DNA from: an uncultured Eubacteriales bacterium
Lineage (GTDB): Bacteria; Bacillota; Clostridia; Christensenellales; UMGS416
NCBI GenBank assembly: GCA_900542005.1
Contig: UQLW01000011.1
Span: forward strand, 6,099 to 70,098
Reading direction: 5' to 3'
DNA: 64,000 bases
A program made the translations under genes and the position numbers. Shown here piece after piece: positions 35,293 to 45,468 of the stretch (position 1 is its first letter; each line of letters begins with the position of its first letter). A model generated the notes under the pieces. It searched no databases. It was not told the origin of the DNA and saw only the letters and a program-made list of their open reading frames with translations.

Positions 35293-36708
35293 ATGAGCGA
35301 TCAGGAAAACATGGATTTCGAGCCGGTCTTGCATTTTGACCATAAGACCAATCTGCTGGAGCAGCGGGCCACGCGTTTCCCCCTGCAGGATGTGGCGGAG
35401 CCGAACCTCTTCCGCCATCTGTTCGACTATGAATCGGTCCCCAAGACGGCCTTTAACCACCGGATTATGCCCATGCAGCCGGCAAGGGAGATCTGGCTGA
35501 CCGATACAACCTTCCGCGACGGCCAGCAGTCGACCTCGCCCTTCACGGTGGATCAGATTGTGCGGCTTTTCGACCTGCAGCATAGGCTGGGCGGGCCTAA
35601 GGGGATTGTGCGGCAGAGTGAATTCTTCGTGTATTCGGACAAGGACCGGGAGGCGGTGCAGGCCTGCATGGACCGGGGCTATGAATTCCCGGAGGTCACC
35701 ACCTGGATCCGCGCCACCAAAGGCGATTTCGCCCTGGTGAAGCATATGGGCGTGAAGGAAACCGGCATCCTCGTATCCTGCTCCGATTACCATATCTTTA
35801 AAAAGATGCATAAGACCCGCGGCCAGGCGATGGATGAGTATCTTGGCATCGTGAAATCGGCCCTGGAATACGGGATCATCCCGCGGTGTCACTTTGAGGA
35901 CATTACCCGGGCCGACTACTACGGCTTTGTCGTCCCCTTCGCCAGCGAGCTGATGAAGCTGGCTCAGGAGTATCAGGTGCCCATTAAGATTCGCGCCTGC
36001 GACACGCTGGGCTATGGCGTAACCTATCCCGGCGCAGCCATGCCCCGCAGCGTTCCCGGCATCATCTATGGCCTGCGGCACTACTGCGGCGTACCGAGCC
36101 GCCAGCTGGAATGGCACGGCCATAACGACTTCTATAAGGTGGTTGTCAATGCGGCGACAGCCTGGCTTTATGGCTGCGCCTCGGTAAACTGCTCCATGCT
36201 GGGCATTGGCGAGCGTACGGGTAACTGCCCCCTGGAGGCGATGGCGATGGAATATGCCTCGCTGCGCGGGACGGACGACGGCATGGACCTTTCCGCCATT
36301 ACCGAATATGCAGATTTCTTCGAGCATGATATTGGATATAATATTCCTGCCCATACGCCCTTTGTGGGCCGCTCCTTCAATGCGACGCGGGCGGGTATCC
36401 ATGCCGACGGGCTGCTGAAGGACGAGGAGATCTATAATATTTTTGACACCAATAAGATCCTGAACCGTCCGCCTACGGTGATGATTGGGCCCCACTCGGG
36501 AGCGGCGGGCATTGCTCACTGGCTGAACGGCTACTTTAAGCTCAAGGGCGAGCGGGCCCTGGATAAGCGCCATCCGGTCATCGCCTATGTGAAGGATGCG
36601 GTGGACCAGCAGTATGCCCAGGGGCGCACGACCAACTTTGGCGATGAGGAGCTGGAGCTGCTTGTGCGGGATGCGGACGCTGAACTGTATCGGGAGATTT
36701 CCCTGTAA
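35293..36708 (+). CDS. HMGL-like (isopropylmalate/homocitrate synthase family) acyl-CoA:2-oxoacid condensing enzyme, possibly Re-citrate synthase
   Basis: 471 aa. LTDTTFRDGQQS and HGHNDFY metal-site motifs of the DRE-TIM fold. The assignment to Re-citrate synthase is inference from family and context. Confidence 0.6.
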   Translation: MSDQENMDFEPVLHFDHKTNLLEQRATRFPLQDVAEPNLFRHLFDYESVPKTAFNHRIMPMQPAREIWLTDTTFRDGQQSTSPFTVDQIVRLFDLQHRLGGPKGIVRQSEFFVYSDKDREAVQACMDRGYEFPEVTTWIRATKGDFALVKHMGVKETGILVSCSDYHIFKKMHKTRGQAMDEYLGIVKSALEYGIIPRCHFEDITRADYYGFVVPFASELMKLAQEYQVPIKIRACDTLGYGVTYPGAAMPRSVPGIIYGLRHYCGVPSRQLEWHGHNDFYKVVVNAATAWLYGCASVNCSMLGIGERTGNCPLEAMAMEYASLRGTDDGMDLSAITEYADFFEHDIGYNIPAHTPFVGRSFNATRAGIHADGLLKDEEIYNIFDTNKILNRPPTVMIGPHSGAAGIAHWLNGYFKLKGERALDKRHPVIAYVKDAVDQQYAQGRTTNFGDEELELLVRDADAELYREISL

Positions 36709-36735
36709 CAGCGTAATGAATTTTACAAAAACACA

Positions 36736-36765
36736 AAGAAGGTTCGGGAGAACCTTCTTTTTTTT
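36736..36765 (+). terminator. Rho-independent terminator
   Basis: AAGAAGGTTC-GGGA-GAACCTTCTT followed by TTTTTT. Confidence 0.88.
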
Positions 36766-36870
36766 CAGGTTATAGGTAGATTAGCTATAAAAGAAGGCTT
36801 TCTTTTTAACAGCATATACGGTATAATGAAAGCAATAGATCCCCAAAATCACCATTCGAGGAGGATTGCT

Positions 36871-37284
36871 ATGATCAAAGTAATTTACGGAAAGCGCGGA
36901 TCCGGCAAAACCAAGCGGATTATTTCCCTGGCGAAAGCCGAAGCCGCCGCTTGCAAGGGCCATGTGGTATTCCTAGAAAAGGATAATCGCTGCATGCTGG
37001 ATCTTCCCCATGAGATCCGCTATGTGAACGCTGGAGAATATTCGATTAAGGATCCGGATGTATTTTATGGATTCGTAAGCGGTATGCTGGCGGCCAACTT
37101 CGATATTGTGGATGTCTTTATCGACGCTTTGCCCTCCATTATCGGGTTGACAGCCGACGTAGAGCTTGAAAATTTCTTTAATAAGATGAAGAATCTGTCG
37201 GAGCAGATGCAGGTCAATATGATCATGTCGATCTCCGCAGGCGACGGCGCGCCGCCGGCCTTCCTGGAGCCCTACATCATATAG
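36871..37284 (+). CDS. Minimal stand-alone P-loop NTPase-like protein (137 aa)
   Basis: Walker A GKRGSGKT at residues 7-14. Walker-B-like IVDVFIDA. GAGGAGG RBS. Has its own terminator. Visibly lower GC than neighbours. Confidence 0.55.
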   Translation: MIKVIYGKRGSGKTKRIISLAKAEAAACKGHVVFLEKDNRCMLDLPHEIRYVNAGEYSIKDPDVFYGFVSGMLAANFDIVDVFIDALPSIIGLTADVELENFFNKMKNLSEQMQVNMIMSISAGDGAPPAFLEPYII

Positions 37285-37293
37285 ATCGAATGA

Positions 37294-37329
37294 CCGCCGC
37301 ATCCGCTGATGCGGCGGTTTATTTTTTTG
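37294..37329 (+). terminator. Rho-independent terminator
   Basis: ACCGCCGCATC-CGCT-GATGCGGCGGT followed by TTATTTTTTT. Confidence 0.88.
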
Positions 37330-37333
37330 CCGC

Positions 37334-37362
37334 TTGACAAGGCGGGTATGAAGTGATATGGT
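37334..37362 (+). promoter_or_regulatory. Sigma-A-type promoter for the trpS leader
   Basis: TTGACA, 17 nt, TATGGT. Confidence 0.6.
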
Positions 37363-37368
37363 TTCAGT

Positions 37369-37612
37369 AAATCGTTGAGGGAGAGAAGTAACCGGATCAA
37401 GCGCAGCGAAAGCGAGCCGGGGCAGGTGGAAGCCCGGCGCGGGCGGGCCGGTGAATGGGCTCCGGAGAGCGGACCGAGGGCGTGCTGGCCGGTAGGCTCC
37501 GACGGATTCCCACCGTGAACGGGGAGGCCGGTCAAAGCGCCGGAGCGGATGATACATTTCAGGTGGCATAGCAGGGGAACCTGTCCTGAGTAAGGACGGG
37601 TTCCCCTTTTTT
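37369..37612 (+). promoter_or_regulatory. T-box riboswitch leader (Trp specifier) with intrinsic terminator
   Basis: Stem-I-like GAGAGAAGTA. UGG codons at 37427-37429 (followed by A) and 37456-37458 (GAA-UGG-G). T-box-like CAGGTGGCATAGCAGG at about 37560. Terminator GGGGAACCTGTCC...GGACGGGTTCCCC plus a T-run (37574-37612). trpS lies downstream. Confidence 0.85.
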
Positions 37613-37633
37613 CATGAATAAGCGAGGGGAAGG

Positions 37634-38644
37634 ATGATCGACATGTCTGAACAGCCAATGAAGAAAAAACGGATCTTTTCCGGCATACAGCCCTCGGGCA
37701 ACCTGCACCTGGGCAACTACTTGGGCGCCCTGCGCAATTGGGTGCTGCTGAGCGACGAATACGACTGCTTCTACTGTATCGTGGATATGCATGCCATTAC
37801 GGTGCGTCAGACGCCCGCCGATCTGCGCAAAAGGAGCCTGGAGCTGGCGGCGCTCTTTATGGCCAGCGGCTTGGATCCGGAAAAGAACGTGATTTTTATC
37901 CAGTCCCATGTACCGGCCCATGCCGAGCTGGCCTGGGTGCTCAACTGCAACGCCTACATGGGCGAGCTGGGCCGCATGACCCAGTTTAAGGAGAAGAGCT
38001 CCAAGCAGGGCGACAATATCGGGGCGGGCCTGTTTACCTATCCCACCCTGATGGCGGCGGATATCCTGCTCTATCAGGCGGATCTCGTACCGGTAGGCAG
38101 CGACCAGAAGCAGCACCTGGAGCTGACCCGGGACCTGGCGGTCCGCTTCAATAACGCCTATGGCGATACCTTCGTCGTGCCGGATCCCTATATCCCCAAG
38201 GCCGGCGCGCGGATCATGAGCCTGCAGGATCCCACCAGCAAGATGAGCAAATCCGGCGATTCCACCATCGCCATGCTGGAGGATCCGGCGGTAATCCGCA
38301 AGAAGATCCGCCGGGCGGTGACCGACCTGGATGGCCAGATCCGCTTTGATCCAGAGCAGAAGCCCGGGATTACCAACCTTATCAATATCTATTCGGCGAT
38401 TACCCATAAAACAGCCGAAGAGATTGAACGGGAATTCGACGGCCAGGGATACGGCACATTCAAGGACGCGGTGGCCGATGTGGTCATCGAGGAGCTGACG
38501 CCCATCCAGACGCGGGTGAAGGAGCTGCTGGGCGAAAAGGATTACCTGCTGCGCGTGCTGAACGAGGGCGCCGATAAGGCGGCCTATGTGGCGCGGAAGA
38601 CGCTGAGCAAGGTATACCGCAAGGTCGGTTTTGTGGCGCGCTAA
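37634..38644 (+). CDS. trpS: Tryptophan--tRNA ligase
   Basis: IFSGIQPSGNLHLGNYLG (HIGH region) and KMSKS present. The true start may be 37643 or 37658 rather than 37634. Confidence 0.95.
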   Translation: MIDMSEQPMKKKRIFSGIQPSGNLHLGNYLGALRNWVLLSDEYDCFYCIVDMHAITVRQTPADLRKRSLELAALFMASGLDPEKNVIFIQSHVPAHAELAWVLNCNAYMGELGRMTQFKEKSSKQGDNIGAGLFTYPTLMAADILLYQADLVPVGSDQKQHLELTRDLAVRFNNAYGDTFVVPDPYIPKAGARIMSLQDPTSKMSKSGDSTIAMLEDPAVIRKKIRRAVTDLDGQIRFDPEQKPGITNLINIYSAITHKTAEEIEREFDGQGYGTFKDAVADVVIEELTPIQTRVKELLGEKDYLLRVLNEGADKAAYVARKTLSKVYRKVGFVAR

Positions 38645-38676
38645 GCCAGCGCGCCGCAAAGCCCCGATGGGAGCTG

Positions 38677-38715
38677 ACGGCTGGACGCTGAAAAAGCGTT
38701 CAGCCGTATTTTTTT
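38677..38715 (+). terminator. Rho-independent terminator after trpS
   Basis: ACGGCTGGACGCT-GAAAA-AGCGTTCAGCCGT followed by ATTTTTTT. Confidence 0.8.
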
Positions 38716-38726
38716 GCACAGGCAGC

Positions 38727-38754
38727 TTGACATCTGCATAGAATGTACTATAAT
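38727..38754 (+). promoter_or_regulatory. Sigma-A-type promoter for the metal-resistance operon
   Basis: TTGACA, 16 nt, TATAAT. Confidence 0.6.
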
Positions 38755-38756
38755 AA

Positions 38757-38778
38757 CATATGAACAATAATTCATATG
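38757..38778. promoter_or_regulatory. ArsR/SmtB-type operator candidate
   Basis: Perfect 8-6-8 inverted repeat CATATGAA-caataa-TTCATATG immediately after the -10, upstream of the ArsR-family gene. Confidence 0.6.
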
Positions 38779-38785
38779 AAAGGAT

Positions 38786-39157
38786 GTGATTCAAACGCCT
38801 GAAGCAAATGGCACGGAACGGTGCGAATTTATCCACGTCCACGAAGATATTGTGGAAAAGGTGATGAAACAGATGCCGGAGGAGGAAATCCTCTATGATC
38901 TTGCGGAGCTTTTCAAGATTTTCGGGGATTCCACCCGCATCAAAATCCTGTATGTGCTTTTTGAATCGGAAATGTGCGTATGCGATATCGCCCAGCTGCT
39001 GAATCTATCGCAGTCGGCGGTTTCCCATCAGCTGCGGGCGCTGAAGCAGAGCAAGCTCGTAAAATACCGCCGCGAGGGTAAGACGGTCTTCTATTCGCTG
39101 GCGGATGGCCATGTCCGGACCATCATCGATCAGGGCATGGAGCATGTAGCGGAATAA
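38786..39157 (+). CDS. ArsR/SmtB-family metalloregulatory repressor (CadC/CzrA-like)
   Basis: ELFKIFGDSTRIKILYVLFESEMCVCDIAQLLNLSQSAVSHQLRALK winged HTH with the CVC metal-site motif. The start (GTG 38786) is uncertain. Confidence 0.85.
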   Translation: MIQTPEANGTERCEFIHVHEDIVEKVMKQMPEEEILYDLAELFKIFGDSTRIKILYVLFESEMCVCDIAQLLNLSQSAVSHQLRALKQSKLVKYRREGKTVFYSLADGHVRTIIDQGMEHVAE

Positions 39158-39178
39158 ATGCGATAGGAGGAACGGGAT

Positions 39179-39397
39179 GTGAAAAAGGTTTACAAGCTGC
39201 AGGATCTGGACTGCGCCAACTGCGCCGCGAAAATGGAGGACGCCATCCGCCGGATTGACGGGGTTCAGGAGGCTTCGGTGAGCTTCATGGCGCAAAAGCT
39301 GACGATTACCGCAGACGACGCGCGCTTTGATGCGATCATGAAGGAGGTGGTCAAGGCCTGCCGCCGTGTGGAGCCGGACTGCCTGATCAAGCTATAA
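39179..39397 (+). CDS. Stand-alone heavy-metal-associated (HMA) domain protein
   Basis: 72 aa. LDCANCAAKMEDAIRRIDGV metal-binding motif. GTG start after GGAGGAACGGG. Confidence 0.75.
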   Translation: MKKVYKLQDLDCANCAAKMEDAIRRIDGVQEASVSFMAQKLTITADDARFDAIMKEVVKACRRVEPDCLIKL

Positions 39398-39417
39398 AAG
39401 AAAAGGAGCGATTTCCC

Positions 39418-41274
39418 GTGAGCAGAAAACAGAAAAAGATGCTGGCCCGCATTCTGGTCGCGGCGGTGCTGTTTGGGGTGGCGGCGTGCATTCCAGCCCA
39501 GGGATTTGTCCGTCTTGGGCTCTTTCTTATCCCCTATGGGGTGATCGGGTGGGACGTGCTTTGGAAGGCGCTGCGCAACCTCGTCCGGGGCCAGATGTTT
39601 GACGAGAGCTTCCTGATGGCTTTGGCGACCGTGGGCGCCCTTTGTATCGGCGATTATCCTGAAAGCGTATTTGTCATGCTGTTCTACCAGGTGGGCGAGC
39701 TTTTCCAGAGCTATGCAGTGGGCCGCTCCCGGAAGTCGATTGCCGCGTTGATGGATATCCGGCCGGATTATGCCAATGTGGAGCGCGGAAGCGTGCTGGA
39801 GCAGGTGGATCCGGAGGAGGTTGCTGTCGGAGATGTGATCGTGGTGAAGCCCGGCGAGCGAATCCCCCTGGACGGCGAGATCCTGGAAGGCGCGACCACG
39901 ATGAATACCTCGGCCCTGACCGGCGAATCGCTGCCCCGGGAGGCCGCTGTAGGCGATCAGGTGATCAGCGGCTGCGTGAACCTGACAGGGGTGATCCGCG
40001 TGAAGGTCATCAAGCCCTATGGCGAATCCACCGTCGCCAAGATTCTGGACCTTGTGGAGAACTCCAGCGCCAAAAAGGCCCAAACGGAGAACTTTATCAC
40101 CCGGTTTGCCCGGTATTATACGCCGGCCGTGGTGGTGGGCGCGGTGCTGCTGGCCGCAGTCCCTCCGCTTATGCTGCGGCAGAGCTTCAGCCTGTGGCTG
40201 GAGCGCGCGCTGACCTTCCTGGTCATCTCCTGCCCTTGCGCCCTGGTGATCTCTGTACCGCTCAGCTTCTTCGGCGGCATTGGCGGCGCTTCCAAAAGGG
40301 GAATTCTGGTGAAGGGCAGCAACTACCTGGAGGCCCTGGCCCAAACCCGGCTTGTGGTATTTGATAAGACGGGTACCCTGACCCGGGGGAGCTTCGAGGT
40401 GACCGCCATCCATCCGGATCAGGTATCGGAGGAGGCGCTGCTGGAGCTGGCGGCCCTGGCGGAAAGCTATTCTGACCACCCCATTGCCCAGTCCCTGCGC
40501 GCGGCCTGCTCCAAGGAGCTGGACGCCGGACGCGTGCAGCAGGCGGAGGAGGTGGCGGGCCACGGCATACGGGCGCTGGTGGATGGGCGCCGCGTCTATG
40601 CGGGCAACGGTAAGCTGATGGATGAAGCCGGCGTCGCATGGCGCGAGTGCCACCGGACCGGCACGGTGATCCATGTGGCGGTGGACGGCGAATATGCGGG
40701 CCATATCGTCATCTCCGATGAGGTCAAGCCGGACGCGGCGGAGGCGATCCGCCTTTTGAAAAAGGAAGGCGTGCGCCGGACGGTGATGCTGACCGGAGAC
40801 CGCACAGAGGTGGGCGAGGCCGTGGCCCGCCAGCTGGCTATCGACGAGGTCTATACGCAGCTCATGCCTGCCGGCAAGGTGGAAAAGGTAGAAGCGCTGC
40901 TCAAGGGCAAGGGCCCCAAGGAAAAGCTGGCCTTTGTCGGCGACGGGATAAACGACGCGCCGGTATTATCCCGGGCAGATCTGGGGATCGCCATGGGGGG
41001 CCTGGGCTCTGATGCAGCCATCGAGGCGGCAGATATTGTCCTGATGGACGATAAGCCCTCCCAAATTGCCGAAGCGATGCGTATTTCTAAAAAGACGCTG
41101 CGCATTGTCAAGCAAAATATTGTCTTTGCCCTGGGGATCAAGGCGGCGGTGCTGCTGCTGGGCGCGCTGGGCGCCGCCACCATGTGGGAGGCCGTGTTTG
41201 CCGACGTGGGCGTATCGGTGATCGCCATCCTCAACGCGATGCGGGCGCTGCGGGTGGAGGACGGCGAAGCATAA
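39418..41274 (+). CDS. P1B-type heavy-metal (Cd/Zn/Co-type) translocating ATPase lacking an N-terminal HMA domain
   Basis: 618 aa. CPC transmembrane motif (ISCPCALVIS), DKTGTLT phosphorylation site, GDGINDAP hinge. GTG start with AAAAGGAG RBS. Confidence 0.92.
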   Translation: MSRKQKKMLARILVAAVLFGVAACIPAQGFVRLGLFLIPYGVIGWDVLWKALRNLVRGQMFDESFLMALATVGALCIGDYPESVFVMLFYQVGELFQSYAVGRSRKSIAALMDIRPDYANVERGSVLEQVDPEEVAVGDVIVVKPGERIPLDGEILEGATTMNTSALTGESLPREAAVGDQVISGCVNLTGVIRVKVIKPYGESTVAKILDLVENSSAKKAQTENFITRFARYYTPAVVVGAVLLAAVPPLMLRQSFSLWLERALTFLVISCPCALVISVPLSFFGGIGGASKRGILVKGSNYLEALAQTRLVVFDKTGTLTRGSFEVTAIHPDQVSEEALLELAALAESYSDHPIAQSLRAACSKELDAGRVQQAEEVAGHGIRALVDGRRVYAGNGKLMDEAGVAWRECHRTGTVIHVAVDGEYAGHIVISDEVKPDAAEAIRLLKKEGVRRTVMLTGDRTEVGEAVARQLAIDEVYTQLMPAGKVEKVEALLKGKGPKEKLAFVGDGINDAPVLSRADLGIAMGGLGSDAAIEAADIVLMDDKPSQIAEAMRISKKTLRIVKQNIVFALGIKAAVLLLGALGAATMWEAVFADVGVSVIAILNAMRALRVEDGEA

Positions 41275-41290
41275 CCCTGTAGGAAGAAGG

Positions 41291-41318
41291 GCCGGCTGGC
41301 AGCAGCCGGCTCATTTTT
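41291..41318 (+). terminator. Rho-independent terminator
   Basis: GCCGGCTG-GCAG-CAGCCGGC followed by TCATTTTT. Confidence 0.75.
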
Positions 41319-41342
41319 GTCTGATTCGGCTGGCGGTAAAGG

Positions 41343-41371
41343 TTGTGATCTGTCTATAAATCAGGTACAAT
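41343..41371 (+). promoter_or_regulatory. Sigma-A-type promoter candidate for the GGDEF gene
   Basis: TTGTGA, 17 nt, TACAAT. Leaves a leader of about 100 nt. Confidence 0.45.
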
Positions 41372-41473
41372 AGATACAATATTAAAATTGAAATAGATGG
41401 AGACAACAGGCGTAACGCCGCTGAGCCCCCGGGCGCGGGACAAGGGCGTCCGGGGCGGGCGCAGGGAGGGAAT

Positions 41474-43648
41474 ATGAAAGAGGAGCTTCAGGAGGCTAAG
41501 CGTGCGCTTTCCGGCATGATGCGGGCCTATCTTGTGGATCGCGATGTGGAAGGTACGCTGCGCTTCGCGGCAGAGGACATCTATTCTGTGGGCCTGGGGC
41601 AGGGGACGGCCGCCCTGGGGCGGGAGGCGCTCCAACGCCTGATAGAATGCGAGATTGCCGCAGACCCAGAGCCCTATGAAATCCGCGAGGAGCGCTTCGA
41701 GGCGAAGGCCGCGGGGACGGGCGTAACGGTCCTGTACCGCCTGCGGGTCGGCCGGCCCGGCGAGGCGGAACAGACGATCTGCCAGACGGCCAGCCTGCAG
41801 AAGGAGCAGGGCGCCTATAGGGTCAGCGTGACGCATACCTCATTGGCGCGGCAGAGGGGGAACGGCGGCCCGATGGAGCAGGCGCTGCAGGAGAAGCAAG
41901 CCCAGCTGGAGCAGGCGCGGAGAACGCTGAGGGAATTAACCGACTCCATACCCGGCGGCATCGGGAAAATCGCCCTGGACGATGGGCTAACCCTGATCGA
42001 GGGTAACGAGGCCCTTTTTGCGCTGTACGGGTATACACGGCAGCAGATGATGAGCGAGCTTGGCAACCGGCTGGCAGACGCAATGCCGGCAGATGAGCTG
42101 CGGGCGCTACGGAGCGCGATGGAGGCGGCGCGCAGGGAGGCCGGCGGCTTCTTTGAGGTGGAGAGCCGCATATCCCGCAGGGACGGCAGCCGGGCCGACC
42201 TGCTGATCCGGGGCGCGTGGCTTGGGCATCAGTCTGGCGATATGGTGCGCTGTATGATGGTGGATATCACCGCCAGGAAAAGAATGGAGCGGGCGCTGCG
42301 CCTGAGCGAGGAGCGCTTCCGTGTCGCACTGTCCAAGACCAGCAATACCGTCTTTGACTATCATGTGGCCGACCGGTCGGCCACATGGCCGGAGCCAGCC
42401 ATGGCGGTCCTGGGCCTGCCGCGATCTATGGAGGAGATGCCGGAGGCGATGGTCAAGAGGGGCAGCGTCCTGCCGGAGTTTGCCGATGATTGGCTCAAGC
42501 TATATCAGCGTATCGGCGAGGGGGCGAATACGGCGTCCGGTACCGTTAAAATGCGCGACGCCCAGGGCAGCGAGGTATGGTTCCATATTACCCTGACGGC
42601 GCTGGAGGAAACGGGCCAGGCCATTGGGATCCTGGAGGATGTAACCCGGCAGAAGGAGCGGGAGGTGCGCTACCGTCAGCGGGAGCAGTACCGCAAGGCC
42701 ATGCTGGCAGAGGCGGTGGTATATCTGGAGATGAACGTAAGCCGTAATCAGGTGGAGCTGTGCCAGGGGGATTGGGAATACCTGCCGCCGGAGGCGGCCC
42801 AGTGCCAGTCCTATGACGGGCTGATGACGCTTCTGGCCAATCAGGCGGTGTTCTCCCAGGATCGCGAAGCCTATGAGCAGGCCTATAACCGTCAGCAGGT
42901 CCTGGACAGCTTTGAGGCAGGGGCAATGGAGCTGCGCCATGAGCACCGGTGGGTCCGCCAGGATGGCACGGTGCGCTGGGTGGCCAATATGATGCATATG
43001 CTCCAGGACGCCGACACCGGGGATACCCGGGGCTTTGCCTATATCCGGGATATTGACCGGCAGAAGCGGGAGGAGCTGGCGCTGCGCTACCGTTCGGAGC
43101 GCGACGCGCTGACCGGCCTGTACAACAAGCGGCAGACAGAGCAGATGATTAAGCGTATCCTTCAGACCTCGCCGCCCGATACCGGACACGCTTTTTTCAT
43201 GATCGATATGGATCATCTCAAGAAGGTCAACGATACCTGCGGCCATATGGCCGGCGACGCGCTGCTGGCGGACTGCGCCCGGCAGCTGTCGGGTATTTTC
43301 CGCCATGACGATGTCATTGGCCGCATCGGAGGGGATGAGTTCGTGGTGTTTGTCCGCGACATCGTCTCGCCGGATTTTGTTGCGGAAAAGGCCAGGCAGA
43401 TCGGCCTTGCGCTGGGAGAATCGGCGGAGCAGGCCCGGATGGGCGTGGCCTGTACCTGCAGCGTCGGCGCGGCGCTCTATCCCCGGGACGGCCAGGGCTT
43501 TGAGCGGCTGTATCAGCGGGCGGATATCGCCCTGTATGAGGCCAAGCGCAGGGGGCGTAATCTGTTCGTATTTTACGATCCAAGCTTTGATCACGGCCAG
43601 TGGACGCCGCAGTGGCGCACCGCGATTGATTCAGAGGCGGGGCGCTAG
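41474..43648 (+). CDS. Multi-PAS sensor diguanylate cyclase (GGDEF)
   Basis: 724 aa. C-terminal GGDEF motif (RIGGDEFVVF). PAS-like repeats. The N-terminal ~120 aa is unassigned. Confidence 0.88.
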   Translation: MKEELQEAKRALSGMMRAYLVDRDVEGTLRFAAEDIYSVGLGQGTAALGREALQRLIECEIAADPEPYEIREERFEAKAAGTGVTVLYRLRVGRPGEAEQTICQTASLQKEQGAYRVSVTHTSLARQRGNGGPMEQALQEKQAQLEQARRTLRELTDSIPGGIGKIALDDGLTLIEGNEALFALYGYTRQQMMSELGNRLADAMPADELRALRSAMEAARREAGGFFEVESRISRRDGSRADLLIRGAWLGHQSGDMVRCMMVDITARKRMERALRLSEERFRVALSKTSNTVFDYHVADRSATWPEPAMAVLGLPRSMEEMPEAMVKRGSVLPEFADDWLKLYQRIGEGANTASGTVKMRDAQGSEVWFHITLTALEETGQAIGILEDVTRQKEREVRYRQREQYRKAMLAEAVVYLEMNVSRNQVELCQGDWEYLPPEAAQCQSYDGLMTLLANQAVFSQDREAYEQAYNRQQVLDSFEAGAMELRHEHRWVRQDGTVRWVANMMHMLQDADTGDTRGFAYIRDIDRQKREELALRYRSERDALTGLYNKRQTEQMIKRILQTSPPDTGHAFFMIDMDHLKKVNDTCGHMAGDALLADCARQLSGIFRHDDVIGRIGGDEFVVFVRDIVSPDFVAEKARQIGLALGESAEQARMGVACTCSVGAALYPRDGQGFERLYQRADIALYEAKRRGRNLFVFYDPSFDHGQWTPQWRTAIDSEAGR

Positions 43649-43665
43649 GCAGGCCTCCATGAAGC

Positions 43666-43702
43666 GGCGGGACCGGCAGATTTGCCTTCCCGCCTTGTTT
43701 TT
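43666..43702 (+). terminator. Rho-independent terminator candidate
   Basis: GGCGGGA ... TCCCGCC stem (15-nt loop) followed by TTGTTTTT. Confidence 0.55.
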
Positions 43703-43712
43703 GGTATGATAA

Positions 43713-44888
<1,176 letters not shown>

Positions 44889-44910
44889 ATACAAAATTTG
44901 CGCAAATGAC

Positions 44911-44939
44911 TTGAAAAAATCAGCCCGGCAAGGTATGAT
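44911..44939 (+). promoter_or_regulatory. Sigma-A-type promoter candidate for yajC
   Basis: TTGAAA, 17 nt, TATGAT. Confidence 0.5.
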
Positions 44940-44975
44940 ATTCAAAGTAATCACACGAGAAACGGAGAATGAGAC

Positions 44976-45293
44976 ATGATGACCCAACTGTATTTGGTGA
45001 CAGGATCCGGCGCTTCCACCATTTCCTTTATTGTGATGATGGTGGCGATGATCGCTTTGTTCTACTTTATGCTGATCCGCCCCCAGCAGAAGCAGCAGAA
45101 GAAGATCAACGACATGCTGAACAACCTGAAGGTAGGCGACCGCGTGAAGACCATCGGCGGCCTGTACGGCCGTATTGTCCGCATCAAGGATGAGGTTGTC
45201 ATCCTGGAGGTCGGCGCCAACAAGGTGGAGATGCCCTTCTCCCGCCGGGCTATCGGCACCGTAGAGGATGCCGACGTGGAAAACGAGCTGTAA
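44976..45293 (+). CDS. yajC: Preprotein translocase subunit YajC
   Basis: 105 aa. Single TM, then LIRPQQKQQKK....L..GD.V.T.GG..G.I motif. Confidence 0.9.
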   Translation: MMTQLYLVTGSGASTISFIVMMVAMIALFYFMLIRPQQKQQKKINDMLNNLKVGDRVKTIGGLYGRIVRIKDEVVILEVGANKVEMPFSRRAIGTVEDADVENEL

Positions 45294-45303
45294 GCTGACG
45301 CGT

Positions 45304-45342
45304 ACCGCCGCCGCCGATGTATGTCGCGGCGGTTTTCTTTTT
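45304..45342 (+). terminator. Rho-independent terminator candidate
   Basis: ACCGCCGC / GCGGCGGT stem followed by TTTTCTTTTT. Confidence 0.6.
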
Positions 45343-45358
45343 CCCCAGGGGGAGCGCC

Positions 45359-45387
45359 TTGCGAAAAAGGCGAAAAAAGGCTATAAT
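45359..45387 (+). promoter_or_regulatory. Sigma-A-type promoter candidate for miaB
   Basis: TTGCGA, 17 nt, TATAAT. Confidence 0.5.
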
Positions 45388-45468
45388 TGATGCTGTCGGC
45401 AAAATCCGACTCCAAAGCCCTGCGGTGCGCCTGCCGGGCGCATCATAAGAAGGAGGGACGTCCCCTAC

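Noticed and set aside
39395-39420. The HMA/ATPase split interpreted as a pseudogene-forming disruption of cadA.
   Set aside because: Both ORFs are intact. The downstream one has its own SD and begins like HMA-less ATPase homologues (MSRKQKKML...). No frameshift signature is visible.
41372-41473. GC-rich leader of about 100 nt before the GGDEF gene, considered as a c-di-GMP (GEMM-I) riboswitch.
   Set aside because: GCGGGACAAGGGCG only superficially resembles the GGGACGCAAAGCC core. The GNRA tetraloop/receptor helices are not evident.
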